From Octopus sinensis (lineage: Eukaryota): a stretch of 64,000 nt of DNA. Within the stretch, counting starts at the first letter, position 1; each line of letters opens with the position of its first letter. Where the stretch lies: contig NC_042999.1 in the NCBI RefSeq assembly GCF_006345805.1, positions 1,364,001 to 1,428,000 on the forward strand, in the 5' to 3' direction. Below are positions 1-12,140 of the stretch, piece by piece. The position numbers and the translations under genes were made by a program. Under the pieces are notes generated by a model. It searched no databases. It saw nothing but the letters and a program-made list of their open reading frames with translations, and had not been told where the DNA came from.

Positions 1-36
1 TGTATGTGTTTGTATATATATATATTTATATATATG

Positions 37-100
37 ACCACCACACGACCAACCGGGGTGTCTGATGTTGCTACACATTGCTGGTCACAATGTGCTTTTG
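37..100 (-). mobile_element. 3' tail fragment of SINE family S4
   Basis: Matches the tail of the S4 copy at 8148-8220 (gatgttgctacacatYgctggtcacaatg). Confidence 0.7.
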
Positions 101-133
101 CATATATGTATGTATATATATGTATATATATAT

Positions 134-590
134 ATGTCCAGCCCATCTATACTTGCTGCGTGTATACTCTGCAATGACATCTCTCACGCCGGACTTCTTT
201 CTGATGATCTTGCTATTTATGTGCTCTCTCAACGAGATACCAAGCATTGACCTTTCCATGGCTCTTTGAGCCGTTACCAGTCTTTGCTCTTCTCTCTTTG
301 TGGTAGCCCATGTTTCACTACCATATAACATTGCGGGCAGTATAGATGGGCTAGACACGTCGCCTGGCTCACCGATAATCGGTGGACACACGCAGTTGTC
401 AAGTGGTATCCGCGTGAGTGGAAAAGACCACCCGGAAGACCTCCACGACGGTGGAATTACGATTTCAGGAGGACGATTGGGATCACATGGATGAGAAAGG
501 CGCGATCCAGAGAGGAGTGGACAGTGTGCTGTGACCAGCGGTGTTAAATGGACGCCTGACAGACTGGTCGGTCAAAGTGATCAAAGTGAT
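134..590. mobile_element. 5'-truncated RTE-clade LINE with inverted 5' segment
   Basis: Minus 343->134 reads ILPAMLYGSETW...KYRWAGH. Plus 339-548 reads YRWARHVAWLTDNRWT...GRPPRRW...CCDQRC*. Tail is (caaagtgat)2. Typical RTE ORF C-terminus. Confidence 0.9.
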
Positions 591-1001
591 ATATGTATGT
601 ATATATATGTATGTATACATCACACCGTATCATAGAATTTTATTTTAATACTTACTATTTCCGTTCCAAATTTCTCTTCTACACGTGTTTCATGAGGTGC
701 GTTTAACGTTCCCGAGACCCTCAGTTTTTTTCAGAAACATGCCTTAACTGCAAGCCTCAATCATCAGGACTCTTGATAACTTTTCATAATTCAATAACTA
801 TTTCTATATTTTAACATTTTAACAGTTACGAATGCAACTAACAAACAAATATGCGGACAATGAACATGAGCTAGAATAAGAACAATAACAAACGAGTGAA
901 GAACGAACATATAGTGCGTGTGTTTATTTGGTTTTAAAAAAAATGACCATCTCAAAATACAACAATATTTGTTTTGACACATGACTTCACATCAGTATAT
1001 A

Positions 1002-1883
1002 TGTGGTCTGATCAGTAAGTATCCGGATTGTTGCGATAGTAATGAAGGTAAGGTCCACAAAGTGAAACTGCTCTGTACAAATTGACCTTACCTTCTGCTG
1101 TACATGCACACTAAGTTTTAATGTTCTAGCTCACTTCTGCTGTTTACAGCAGTGCTTGGAAGGAAGGTGTGTAGCCTGTGATTGTCACATTGACCAGTTG
1201 AGCAGAGAATCTGCGTCAAATTCTGCCAAAAGCTTAGCGATACCTGCTCAGAAGCCTATGCAAAGTTTTCAAAAAGTTTTCATCATTCTTGACACACTCA
1301 AAGAGATTTTGTGCAACTGAAACCCGAGTGTCTTTTTGGTCAGCTGAAAGCAGTTTTGGCACAAACTTGACAGACATGCATCTCATACCCAAATCTTCAG
1401 TGATAATAGACAGAACTGAACCGTAACTAATCTGCACATCCTCTGATAACTCATGGATGGTGATTTGACAAATTCCCCCTCACAGCTGCACACACATCTG
1501 TGATGTCTTTCTCAATTCTGCTGGTTGTGGGTCTCCCAGAATGTTTGTCAATATTGATATATTTTGGCCATCTTGGAAAAGTCTGAACCACCCGTACACT
1601 TGTGTACAGCTCACACACTCTTCTCCGTGCACTTTCTTAAATCTTTGCATCAACCTCTGAGCAGGTATCGCCATAACATTTTCTATCATGGTGAATGTGA
1701 TGATCACATGCTACACACCTTCCTTCCAAGCACTGCTGGAAGCAGCAGAAGTAAGCTAGAATGTTAAAACTAAGTGCACATGCACAGCAGAGTTCAAGTT
1801 CAATCTGTGCCAAGTGCTTTTACTCAGTGAGCTTTAGCTTCATTACTATGGCAACAGTCCAGATACTTATTGATCTGACCTGC
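1002..1883. mobile_element. Non-autonomous mariner built from two 5' ends (fold-back)
   Basis: TIRs ggtctgatcagtaagtatccgga / tccagatacttattgatctgacc with TA flanks. Transposase N-terminus on minus (KVHGEECVSCTQVYGWF, MSVKFVPKLLSADQK) and on plus (EQRICVKFCQKL). Confidence 0.85.
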
Positions 1884-1892
1884 TATATATAC

Positions 1893-2650
1893 AGGGAGAA
1901 TTCACAAAAAACCAAAAGACAAAGACAGGAGGTGTAGACAACAAACAGATGTATTAGTTTAATACTCGGGACGTGAAAAAGTCTTTAATGCTTTGAGCCT
2001 ATGCTCTTCCTCAGGAAGAAACAAGGAGAGAAAATAAAGAATGTGTAGTGTCTAGCTATCTATCATGGTGAATGCCAAACAGAAGGGTCACACAGTAGAG
2101 CTAGGGAGAAGGGGAGATAATAAAGTATCCCAAAACGAAGGTGTGCATGCATGTGTGTTAAGAGGGCTGGTAACCTTGATGTGTGTGTATGTGTAGGTAT
2201 GTGGATAATGGTGTGGGGCTGGGAAGTGGTCAGTGCTAGTGTGTGTGTGTAGTGGTGTGATGTGATGTGGTGTTGTGTGGTATGGTGGTGTGTGGTGTGG
2301 TGTGATGGTGTTGTTATGTGGGGGAGGCAAGAGTGGGGAAAGCAAGGGTGAGGTGTGGGTTAGGATAAGGGTGGCAGTAGAGGTGGGGTATGTGGGAGTG
2401 AGTGTGAGGGATTGGGTGGGATAGGATGAATAGGGAAGGTGGGGTTGGATTGTGTAGGGGTGTGGGTTACGAGGGAGGGGTGACGATGAAGGGAGAGGGG
2501 GAGGGGAGAAGGTGGGTAGGAGTGAAGAGAAGAAATAGGAGTCAGAGCAAGAGAGGAGAGGTGGGTGGGAGGAAGTAGGTGTGAGGGGGAGATGAACTTT
2601 CGCAATTTATTGTCGCTACACTAATTTTACTTTGGCCACACTATTTAAGC
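1893..2650 (-). mobile_element. Penelope-like repeat family H4 with GT/GA-rich internal tract
   Basis: Shares gagaattcac...caaacagatgtattagtttaa...gagcctaYgctcttc with 12882, 13862, 14100 and 16070; degenerate hammerhead-like motif on minus. Confidence 0.55.
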
Positions 2651-2789
2651 AAACATGATATTGAGAATAGAGGACAGAGAGAGTGAAGTAGAAATGGATA
2701 TGTTTGTTTTCCATTGATGATGTCACAGGTTTTATTTTAAACTTGGGACTTTTAAAAACACAAAATAGTATCTTGAGAGGAAATATATA

Positions 2790-2988
2790 TATACATATAT
2801 ATATACATATACATATATATATATATATATAATCACCATATACACACATATATATGCATGCATGTATATACATATAAATATATAGATATATGTATGTATA
2901 TATGTACGTATGTATGTATATATATATATATATATATATACATATATAAATATAATCATCACCATATGCCTACATATATGTACATAGA

Positions 2989-3029
<41 letters not shown>

Positions 3030-3178
3030 TATATAATCATCACCATATGCCTACATATATGTACATAGATCTATATATATATATATATATATATATAATC
3101 ACCATATACACACATATATATGCATGCATGTATATACATATAAATATATAGATATATGTATGTATATATGTACGTATG

Positions 3179-3216
<38 letters not shown>

Positions 3217-3258
3217 TAAATATAATCATCACCATATGCCTACATATATGTACATAGA

Positions 3259-3308
<50 letters not shown>

Positions 3309-3344
3309 TAATCATCACCATATGCCTACATATATGTACATAGA

Positions 3345-3384
<40 letters not shown>

Positions 3385-3420
3385 TAATCATCACCATATA
3401 CACACATATATACCCATATA
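2790..3420. repeat. Compound (TA)n microsatellite with tandem duplicated blocks
   Basis: aatcatcaccatatgcctacatatatgtacatagatcta recurs four times; the longer tgcatgcatg block occurs twice. Confidence 0.9.
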
Positions 3421-3879
3421 TGTATACACAGACACACAGAGAGTGATAGAAATATTGATATCATTATAATATAAAAATGAAAACATATTTAGTAAAAAAA
3501 AAAATAAAAAGGAAAATCGATTCTTATCTATGGAGAAATTAGAAACTTAAAGCTGTCTGCTGTTCTGGCTGATCGTATCTCGATCATTTCATACCTCATC
3601 GAAAAATAATACGATAATAAAAACAAAGTAAAAAACAGAAATACATTAAATAAATCAATCCTCATTAATTCCTTGTATTGAGATTGTCAGAGGGAGAGAG
3701 ACAGAATTCCAAAGATGTTTAATGTCTATAATAAGAGATAATGTGAATTCTTTAATTTCATGAAAGACTAGTAACAACCGATACTAATCAGCCCTTAAAA
3801 TAATATTGATTTTTAACATTAGTACATGGTTTGAATTTTATTATTATTATCATTATTATTATTATTATCATTATTATTA

Positions 3880-4995
3880 AGACGACAAGCTGGCAGAGAT
3901 GTTAGCATGTCGGGTGAAATGCTTAGTGGTATTTCATCTGCTACTAAATTCTGAATTCAAATTCCGCCGAGGCCGACTTTGCGTTTCATCCCTTTGGGGT
4001 CGATTAAATAAGTACCAGTTATGCACTGGGGTTGATATAATCGACTTAATCCGTTTGTCTGTCCTTGTTTGTCCTCTCTGTGTTTAGCTCCTTGTGGGTT
4101 GTAAAGAAATAGGTATTTCGTCTGTCTTTACGTTCTGAGTTCAAATTCTGCTGAGGTCAACTGTGCCTTTCATCCTTTCAGAGTCGATTAAATAAGTACC
4201 AGTTATGCACTGTAGGTCGATATAATCAATTTAATCCGTTTGTCTGTCCTTGTTTGTCCTCTCTGTGTTTAGCCCCTTGTGGGTAATAAAGAAATAGGTA
4301 TTTCATCTGTAACTACGTTCCAAGTTCAAATTCTGCTGAGGTCGACTTTGCCTTTCATCCCTTCGGGGTCGATTAAATAAGTACCAGTTATGCACTGGGG
4401 TTGATATAATCGACTTAATCCGTTTGTCTGTCCTTGTTAGTCCTCTCTGTGTTTAGCTCCTTGTGGGTTGTAAAGAAATAGGTATTTCGTCTGTCTTTAC
4501 GTTCTGAGTTAAAATTCTGCTGAGGTCGACTTTGCCTTTCATCACTTCGGGGTCGATTGAATAAGTACCAGTTACACACTGGGGTCGATATAATCGATTT
4601 AATCCGTTTGTCTGTCCTTGTTTGTCCTCTCTGTGTTTAGCCCCCTTGTGGGCAGTAAAGAAATAAGTATTTCATCTGTAACTACATTCTGAGTTCAAAT
4701 TCTGCTGAGGTCAACTTTGCCTTTCATCCCTTTGGGGTCGATTAAATAAGTACCAGTTACGCACTTGGGTCGATGTAATCAACTTAATCCATTCGTCTGT
4801 CCTTGTTTGTCTTCTCTGTGTTTAGCTCCTTGTGGGTAGTAAAGAAATAGGTATTTCATCTGTAACTACATTCCGTGTTCAAATTCTGGTGAGGTCGACT
4901 TTGCCTTTCATCCTTTTGAGGTCAATTAAATAAGTACCAGTCAAACACTGGGGATCGATGTAATCAACCCATCCCCTACCCTCAAAAAATTGATG
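3880..4995 (+). mobile_element. SINE family S1 as head-to-tail array of ~185-bp units
   Basis: tRNA-like head (A box tggcagag), then B-box units ttctgagttcaaattc at 3949, 4133, 4318, 4502, 4687, 4871; body gcctttcatcctttcggggtcgat. Confidence 0.9.
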
Positions 4996-5017
4996 CCCTT
5001 GTGGCAAAATTTGAAAC

Positions 5018-5049
<32 letters not shown>

Positions 5050-5050
<1 letters not shown>

Positions 5051-6200
5051 AATGACGAGCTGTCAGAATTGTTAGCACCTTGGGCGAAATTCTTAGTGGT
5101 ATTTCGTCGGTCACTATGTTCTAAGTTCAAATTCTGCCAAGGTTGACTTTTCCTTTAATCCTTTCGGGCATCGATAAATTAAGTACCAGTGGAGTACTGG
5201 GGTCAATATGATCAACTACCCCTCTCCCCACAAAATTTCAGACCTTGTGCCTATAGTAGAAAGTATTATTATTATTACTATTATTATTACTACTATTATT
5301 GTTACTATTATTATTGCTACTATTATTATTGCTACTATTATTATTATTAAGGCAGCAAGCTGGCAGTATCGTTTGCATGCCGGGCGAAATGCTTTGTGGT
5401 ATTTCGTCCGCCACAGCATTCTGAGTTCAAATTCTGCCGAGGTCGACTTTGCTTTTCATCCTTTTGGGGTCGATTAAATAAGTACCAGTTATGCACTGGG
5501 GTCAATGTGATCAACACAATCCCCTCCCGCAAGCTGCCCTTTTGGCAAAAATTTGAAATCATTTTAAGGTGGAGAGTTAACAGGATGTTTAGTACACTGG
5601 GCGAAATGCTTTGTGGCATTTCAGCTTTATTTTCTATTTGAGTTCAAATACTGCTAAGGTCAACTTTGCCTTTCAACCATTCAAGGGCAATAAAATAAAC
5701 TTGTAATTGACAAGCACCCTGCCCTAAAATTTCAGGCCTTGAGCCCATAATAGAATATTAAATGCAGTGACCAAGCAGAGTCATTAGCACACCAGACGAA
5801 ATGCTTAGCAGTGTTTTGTCTGGCTTTACGTTCTGAGTTCAAATTCCACCAATGCTGACTTTGCCTTTATCGTTTCAGAAGGATAAATTGAGTATCAGTG
5901 AAACACTAGGGTCACCGTATTTGATGTGACCCCTCCTCCAAAATTTCAGGCCTTGTGCTTTTTGGTAGAAGGGATTATTATTATCGTTATTATTAAGGTG
6001 GTGAGCTGGCTGAATTGTTACTGTGCGGGACAAAATGCTTAGCGGCATTTCATTTGTCTTTTCATTCTGCCAAGATCAAATTCTGCCTTTCGTTGTTTCA
6101 AGGCTGATAAAAATGAATAACGATTGAGTAAAGGGGTCGATGTCACTGTCTGTCTCCTTCCTTCCTTGAATCTCTTGACCTTGTACCAAAATTTGAAATC
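5050..6200 (+). mobile_element. Cluster of about five decayed S1 SINE copies separated by (ATT)n tails
   Basis: Repeated gagctggcagaa...gagttcaaattc...ctttgcctttcatcc motifs. Confidence 0.8.
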
Positions 6201-6210
6201 ATTATCATTA

Positions 6211-6334
6211 TTACATTATTTACATTTGATGGATATTTGTCCTCATCTTGTTTTGGCAGATATACCCTCCAACATTCATCAGGTGTCTTGGGGAAATTTT
6301 GAAGCTGGGTTCTAATTCCTAAGGTATTTTTCGA

Positions 6335-6368
<34 letters not shown>

Positions 6369-6536
6369 GTTGTTGTTCAGGTCACTGCTTGGAATTGAAC
6401 TCAGAATCTTGGGGTTAGTAGTCCATGCTCTTAACCACTTTGCCATACACCCGTGGGCTCAACAAACAAGGTGAGGATAAATATCCGTTGAATGTAAATA
6501 ATGTACATAATTCCTCATCTCTTAAATATAGAACTA
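6211..6536 (-). mobile_element. tRNA-headed, HHR-tailed element (family H2), copy A
   Basis: Minus strand head ggcaaagtggttaagagc...gagttcaattcc, (AAT)n spacer, tail with ctgatga; inverted tail end at 6461-6536. Confidence 0.8.
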
Positions 6537-6574
6537 TATTATTATTATTATTATTATTTATTCTTAAGGCGGTA

Positions 6575-7010
6575 AAGGTGGCGAGCTGGTAGAATTGTTA
6601 GCATGCAGGGTAAAATGTTTAGTGGTATTTCGTCTGCCGCTACATTCTGAATCCAAATTCTGCCAAGGTTGACTTTGCCTTTCATCCTTTTGGGGCCGAT
6701 TAAATAAGTACCAGTTATGCATTGGGGTTGATGTCTTTGACTTAATCCCTTCCCCCAAATTTGGAGCATTGTGCTTCCAGTAGAAAGAATTGTTATTAAG
6801 ATGGAGATCTGGCAGGACCACTAGCAGGCCAGGCGAAATGTTTAGCAGCATTTTATCTGTCTTTACATTCTGAGTTCAAATTCCCCCGAAGTTGATTTTA
6901 CTTTCCATCCTTTTGGGGTCAATAAAATAAGTACCAGCTGAACACTGGAAGTGATGTAATCAATTAACTCACTTCCCCAGAACTGCTGGCCCTGCACCAA
7001 AATTTGAAAC
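6575..7010 (+). mobile_element. Two S1 SINE copies
   Basis: ggcgagctggtagaattgttagc head; gactttgcctttcatccttttgggg body. Confidence 0.8.
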
Positions 7011-7204
7011 CATTATTATGTTTATCTTTTATTATTTTTGTTTGATTTTGTCAGGTGGTGGGGGGGCAAGATTGGATGAGATGGTTCGGCCTGTTATTTT
7101 TATGAAGTGAAATGAAACGTAAATTTGACACTGATGGAATCAACCCCTAAAAACATTCGAAGGCGTGAATTACATGCATGACTGTGAGTGTGTGTGTGTT
7201 TGTG

Positions 7205-7320
7205 CATTTGCTGCTGCTGCTTCATCATCATCATCATCATCATCACCATCATCACCATCACCATCATCACCATCATCACCATCATCACCATCATCATCAT
7301 CATCAAGAAGAAGAAGAAGA
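7205..7320. repeat. (CAT/CAC)n microsatellite (expanded RTE-type tail)
   Basis: Trinucleotide run; source of the poly-His ORF. Confidence 0.95.
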
Positions 7321-7439
7321 AGCATCTGTTTTCCATGCTAGCATAGATTGGATAGTTTGACAGGAGCTGACAAGCCGGAAAGCTACACCAGGCAATTCAC
7401 TCTGCCAGAAATTTGGAAATGACATGCTGTACTGCTTGG

Positions 7440-8143
7440 CATTTGCACTGGAAGTGCCAATACGAATGTTTCAGAGTGTTCAGGTATCATTCTGAGTACA
7501 GTGCTATCTGAAGACGTGTTCCAAGCATGATAAAAAAGCAAACATCCAGTCAACATCATGGTGGTTGGAGTGATCAGTAGTGATGGTGAGATTATGCCTC
7601 CATTCATCTTCTCACACAGCCTCAGACTCAACACAGAGGCCTACGTCAAGTACATGGGTGAGGTAGTGTTGCCCTGGGTGAAGAGGGTGGCTGCTGGAAG
7701 ACCCTACGTCTGGCAACAGGACCATGCACAATGCAACACAAGCAGGAGGATCCAGTCTGGCTGCCAGACAATTTCTGCGACCACATCTACCCTAATCTGG
7801 CCACCTAACTCCCCATATTGCAACCCCCTTGATTATTAAGTGTGGGGTGCAGTTGAGCAAAAGACCAACAAAACTCCATGTGACACCAAAGACGAACCGA
7901 AGGAAAGAATTATGGCAGCATTCACCAACTTAAACAAGGAGACCATCCAGAAGAGTTGCAGGAGATTCCAAAGTCGTCTGGAGGCTGTGGTTGAAGCCAA
8001 TGGAGATTTTATTAAATAAATTTACTCTTTAGAATTTCAAGATATTTTTATATAATTTTGGTAAATATTCCAGTCAAAATGAAATGTCAGTTTTATTTTC
8101 ATTTTTGCATAATTTAGACAAAAGTTTCTTCACCGCACTCTGT
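7440..8143 (+). mobile_element. Decayed maT/DD37D-type Tc1/mariner transposon, 3' half
   Basis: IMVVGVISSDG...YVWQQD...WPPNSPYCNPLDY*VWGAVE...RLEAVVEANGDFIK*; right end caccgcactctgTA. Confidence 0.85.
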
Positions 8144-8147
8144 ATAT

Positions 8148-8463
8148 ACATCACTGTGATCACCGTGACCGACCAGGCTATCAGATGTTGCTACACATCG
8201 CTGGTCACAATGCGCTTCATATTGTTTTAGCCTTCAAATGGCACCACCCCGCTAGCTAAGCGAGCAGGCCAACAGAAGAAAGAGTGAGAGAAAGTTGTGG
8301 CGAAAGAGTACAGCAAGGATCGCCACCATCCCCCGCCGGAGCCTCGTGGAACTTTAGGTGTTTTCGCTCAATAAACACTCACAACGCCCGGTCTGGGAAT
8401 CGAAACCGCGATTCTACAACCGCGAGTCCGCTGCCCTAACCACTGGGCCATTGCGCCTCCACC
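8148..8463 (-). mobile_element. tRNA-derived SINE family S4 with RTE-derived tail
   Basis: Head ggaggcgcaatggcccagtggttaggg...ggtttcgattccc; tail homologous to the LINE end at 530-590. Confidence 0.9.
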
Positions 8464-8879
8464 TGTATATACATATGAAGAGAAAACAAATGCCATTTAA
8501 AATTTACAGAGATTTGGTCTAGCCTCCTTTGAACTGATGTGCCCAAATTCTAGGCACATGTATGTATGATGAGCTCCTTTCAATTCCTATCTCCAAAATC
8601 CACACACACATGCACACATACACAAGGTTTTGGTTGACCCCAGGATAAAGTAGAAAACAATGTCTTAAAGTACAACACAGTAGGACTGGACCTGAGACTA
8701 CATGATTGGAAATAACCTTCTTAACCACATGGCCACTCCTGCAATCTCTATGCATCTGCTTCCGTTTTCTATAATACTTTGCTTCATTACATTCACCTTT
8801 TACTTCAAATCTTGCTACTTTTAATGAAATACACATCAGAAATTAAAATTTCACAAGTAAATTACATACAATAATTGAA

Positions 8880-9200
8880 TCATCATCATCATCATCATCG
8901 TTTAACGTCCGTTTTCCATGCTAGTATGGGTTGGACGGTTCGATCGGGGTCTGGGAAGCCAGGAGGCTGCACCAGGCTCCAATATGATCTGGCAGAGTTT
9001 CTACAGCTGGATGCCCTTCCTAACACCAACCACTCCATGAGTGTACTGGGTGCTTTTTACGTGCCACCGGCACAGGTGCCAGGAGTGGCTGGCAACGGCC
9101 ACGGTCGGTTGGTGCTTTTTACATGCCACCAACACGGAAGCCAGTCAAGGCAGTGCTGGCATCGTCCACATACGGATTGTGCTAGGCTGGCAATGGCCAC
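8880..9200 (-). mobile_element. Family S3: non-autonomous element with RTE-type tail ggacgttaaacgatgatg and internal ~55-60-nt repeats
   Basis: catcatcgtttaacgtccg...ctacagctggatgcccttcc...gcttttacgtgccaccggcac. Confidence 0.85.
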
Positions 9201-9639
9201 AATTGGTTGAATACACACATTTACTTTGTCTCTCTCTCTATAAGGATCGAACATAATGATAATGGCGTAATTAATATTTATGCATTCAAGGGCCATAGCA
9301 GAGAATAAGTAGAAAGTCATTTCTTGGCCATAACAGTCTTCCATACCTTTCAGAAAGACGTGAATGTCATTTAATTTCTATCTCTCCTCCCATATAAATT
9401 GTTCAGAATGGAGAGCTCGGTCATAAATGCAGAAAATAAAAGTATCCCAGACATGAGAAACGATCATAAATAAAGCCGTAAACTCAAAGAGCCGTTGATA
9501 CAACAAATGCTTAAGAACTAGAGATAATTATATTTCCATCAACTAACTGTCTGTCGGTTATGACGATGAGTGTTGCAGATGATCCAGTTAACAGAACAGC
9601 CATATTGTGAAATCAAGGTGCAAGTGACTGAGTACCCCA

Positions 9640-10265
9640 CAAACAAGGGTACCCTTAACATTGTATATTTCTTTATTGCCCGCAAGGGGCGAAACATAGA
9701 GGGAACAAACAAGGACAGGCAAAGGGATCAAGTCGATTACATCGACCCCAGTGCGAAACTGGTACTTATTTAATCGACCCCGAAAGGATGAAAGGCAAAG
9801 TCGACCTCTGCGGAATTTGAACTCAGAACGTAACGACAGACGAAATACCTATTTCTTTATTACCCACAAGGGGCTAAACACAGAGGGGACAAACAAGGAC
9901 AGACATAGGTATTAAGTCGATTACATCGACCCCAGTGCGTAACTGGTACTTAATTTATCGACCCCGAAAGATGAAAGGCAAAATCAATCTCTGCGGAATT
10001 TGAACTCAGAACGTAACGACAGACGAAATACCAATTTCTTTACTACTCACAAGGAGCTAAACACAGAGGGGACAAACAAGGACAGACAAACGGATTAAGT
10101 CGATTACGTCGACCACAGTGCGTAAATGGTACTTAATTTATCGACTCCGAAAGGATGAAAGGCAAAGTCAACCTCTGCGGAATTTGAACTCAGAACGTAA
10201 CGACAGACGAAATACTGCTAAGCATTTTGCCCGGCACGCTAACTTGTCTGCCAGCTCGCCGCCTT
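9640..10265 (-). mobile_element. S1 SINE array, three ~184-bp units
   Basis: gaatttgaactcagaacg near 9813, 9998, 10180; head at 10230-10265. Confidence 0.9.
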
Positions 10266-10299
10266 TAAGGGTGCCCTTAACATTATAGTTAAGGAGATT

Positions 10300-10480
10300 T
10301 AGCATGATACAGAGTGCAACAAGTCTGCTCCTTTGAAATACAACTCACTTTTACCAGCTGAATTGACTAGAGTGACATGACATAAAGCGTCTTGCTCAAG
10401 GATACAACGCACCCCTAGAAATTGAACTCTCAACCTTATGACCACAGGCCAAATACTAATAACCACTAAGCCACGTGCAT
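10300..10480 (-). mobile_element. Decayed tRNA/CORE-like SINE (family S5)
   Basis: gtcttgctcaagg...gaaattgaactc...aaccactaagccacgtgc, homologous to 55170-55548. Confidence 0.65.
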
Positions 10481-10780
10481 TCCCTGTCTCTATTAAATCA
10501 CATCAACAAGTAGAAAGATATTAATATTCACAATGTTTGGTCAGAAAATTGTAGATTATTTCCCTGGCCATTTTGGTATATTCACCAATTAAAATTACGT
10601 AAGTGTTGACGAAGTGAGTCTCAACATGTTTGGGTGGTCTCCTGGAGATAAGTTAGATCTTCCTCATCTAATAATGGTTTCCAATTTATAGATAAATCCT
10701 GGATTCATTTTGTTTGATTATAAGCAGCTTACTGAGTATATATCCAAGACAATTCAAATATATATGTGTGTGTGAGTGTG

Positions 10781-10815
<35 letters not shown>

Positions 10816-11093
10816 TAATAATATAGGGTGAAATTAATTAATCATTAATTTCACCAAGTAGATTTCGGCATGTAAAAGCCTCATTCGAGGAAAGTTTAAG
10901 TAATACTAAGTAATTAAGGGTTTAGCAACGATTTGCCTCACCACACACCGAAATTTAGAAATAGCAGTCAAAGAGTTATAGCTATTCTTTCTACTAAAAG
11001 GGAGATCTCAGTAAAACCACAGCACTTGAAAGGCAAACACAGACAGGCAAGAGAAGAAGAAATGACGGCAATCTATCATACAATTTTAAGTCA

Positions 11094-11184
11094 CCTACGG
11101 ACGTACGTTTCGAAATTAAGTTTTAGGAAAGCATAAGAATTAGATAATTATGTCTTACCCAACTTCTTTTCCCATCAGCGTAGG
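11094..11184 (-). ncRNA. Hammerhead ribozyme copy with A9->G core substitution
   Basis: Reverse complement of the 11426 motif but reads CTGATGG. Confidence 0.75.
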
Positions 11185-11425
11185 ACACTACAATTATGAA
11201 TTAATTGTATATTAAATTTCGAGGTACTAGAAGGCATCATCTCAACTCAGTATCAGAGCGAGCTAAAGCCGTTACCAGTATCACCAAATTCAAAGTGTGA
11301 ATGAAAGTTTGTGTCACCAACCCCTTCCCATCAGCGTGTAGCCAAGACAAGATGTTGTGGTCATTTACTGGGATGAAATATGGTTATCAGTAATAATAAT
11401 ATACAATTATTCATAATTGTAGTGT

Positions 11426-11516
11426 CCTACGCTGATGAGAAAAGAAGTTGGGTAAGACATAATTATCTAATTCTTATGCTTTCCTAAAACTTAATTTCGA
11501 AACGTACGTCCGTAGG
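11426..11516 (+). ncRNA. Type I hammerhead ribozyme, canonical core
   Basis: CCTACG-CTGATGA-G[stem II GAAA/TTTC, AAGTT/AACTT, TAAGA/TCTTA]C-GAAA-CGTACG-TC|CGTAGG. Stem I 6/6, GUC triplet, palindromic stem III ACGTACGT. Confidence 0.9.
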
Positions 11517-11703
11517 TGACTTAAAATTGTATGATAGATTGCCGTCATTTCTTCCTCTCTTGCCTGTCTGTGTTTGCCTTTCAAGTGCTGTGGTTTTACT
11601 GAGATCTCCCTTTTAGTAGAAAGAATAGCTATAACTCTTTGACTGCTATTTCTAAATTTCGGTGTGTGGTGAGGTAAATCGTTGCTAAACCCTTAATTAC
11701 TTA

Positions 11704-11756
<53 letters not shown>

Positions 11757-11760
<4 letters not shown>

Positions 11761-12140
11761 CACAGAAGTGGCTGTGTGGTAAGTAGCTTGCTTATCAACC
11801 ACATGGTTCCAGGTTCAGTCCCACTGTGTGGCACCTTGGGGAAATGTCTTCTACTATAGCCTTGGTCCGCCCAAAGCCTTGTAAGTGGATTTGGTAGACA
11901 GAAACTGAAAGAAACCCGTCGTATATATGTGTGTGGGTGTAGGTGTATCTGTGTTTGTGCCCCCAACATCACTTGACAACCGATGCTGGTGTGTTTACAT
12001 CCCTGTAACTTTGCCGTTCGGCAAAAGAGCCTGATAGAATAAGTACTAGGTTTACAAAGAATAAGTCCTTGGGTCGATTTGCTTGACTGAAAGCGGTGCT
12101 CCAGCATGGCCACGGGTAAAATATCTGAAACAAGTAAAAG
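11757..12140 (+). mobile_element. tRNA/CORE-like SINE family S2
   Basis: gtggctgtgtggtaagtagcttgc...ggttcagtcccactg...ggcaccttgggNaaNtgtcttc; tail gactgaaacaagtaaaaga. Confidence 0.9.

Larger units (their letters stand above)
10813..11706. mobile_element. HHR-bearing repeat H1: ~580-nt unit plus ~305-bp inverted partial copy
   Basis: 10903-11215 is the near-perfect reverse complement of 11400-11706; both flanks are (TA)n; homologous to 13122-13810. Confidence 0.9.

Noticed and set aside
2200-2590. G-rich tract as a functional G-quadruplex
   Set aside because: It is a low-complexity part of a repeat copy; G-runs are expected by composition and nothing indicates function.
3880-4995. CRISPR-like regular repeat array
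   Set aside because: The units are whole SINE bodies with no unique spacers; eukaryotic context and no cas genes.
10855-10895. Second hammerhead in H1 (minus: CGAATGA-GGC/GCC-GAAA; also ~13655-13690)
   Set aside because: The core is not CUGANGA, there is no stem I or NUH, and CCTC/GAGG forms a competing hairpin.
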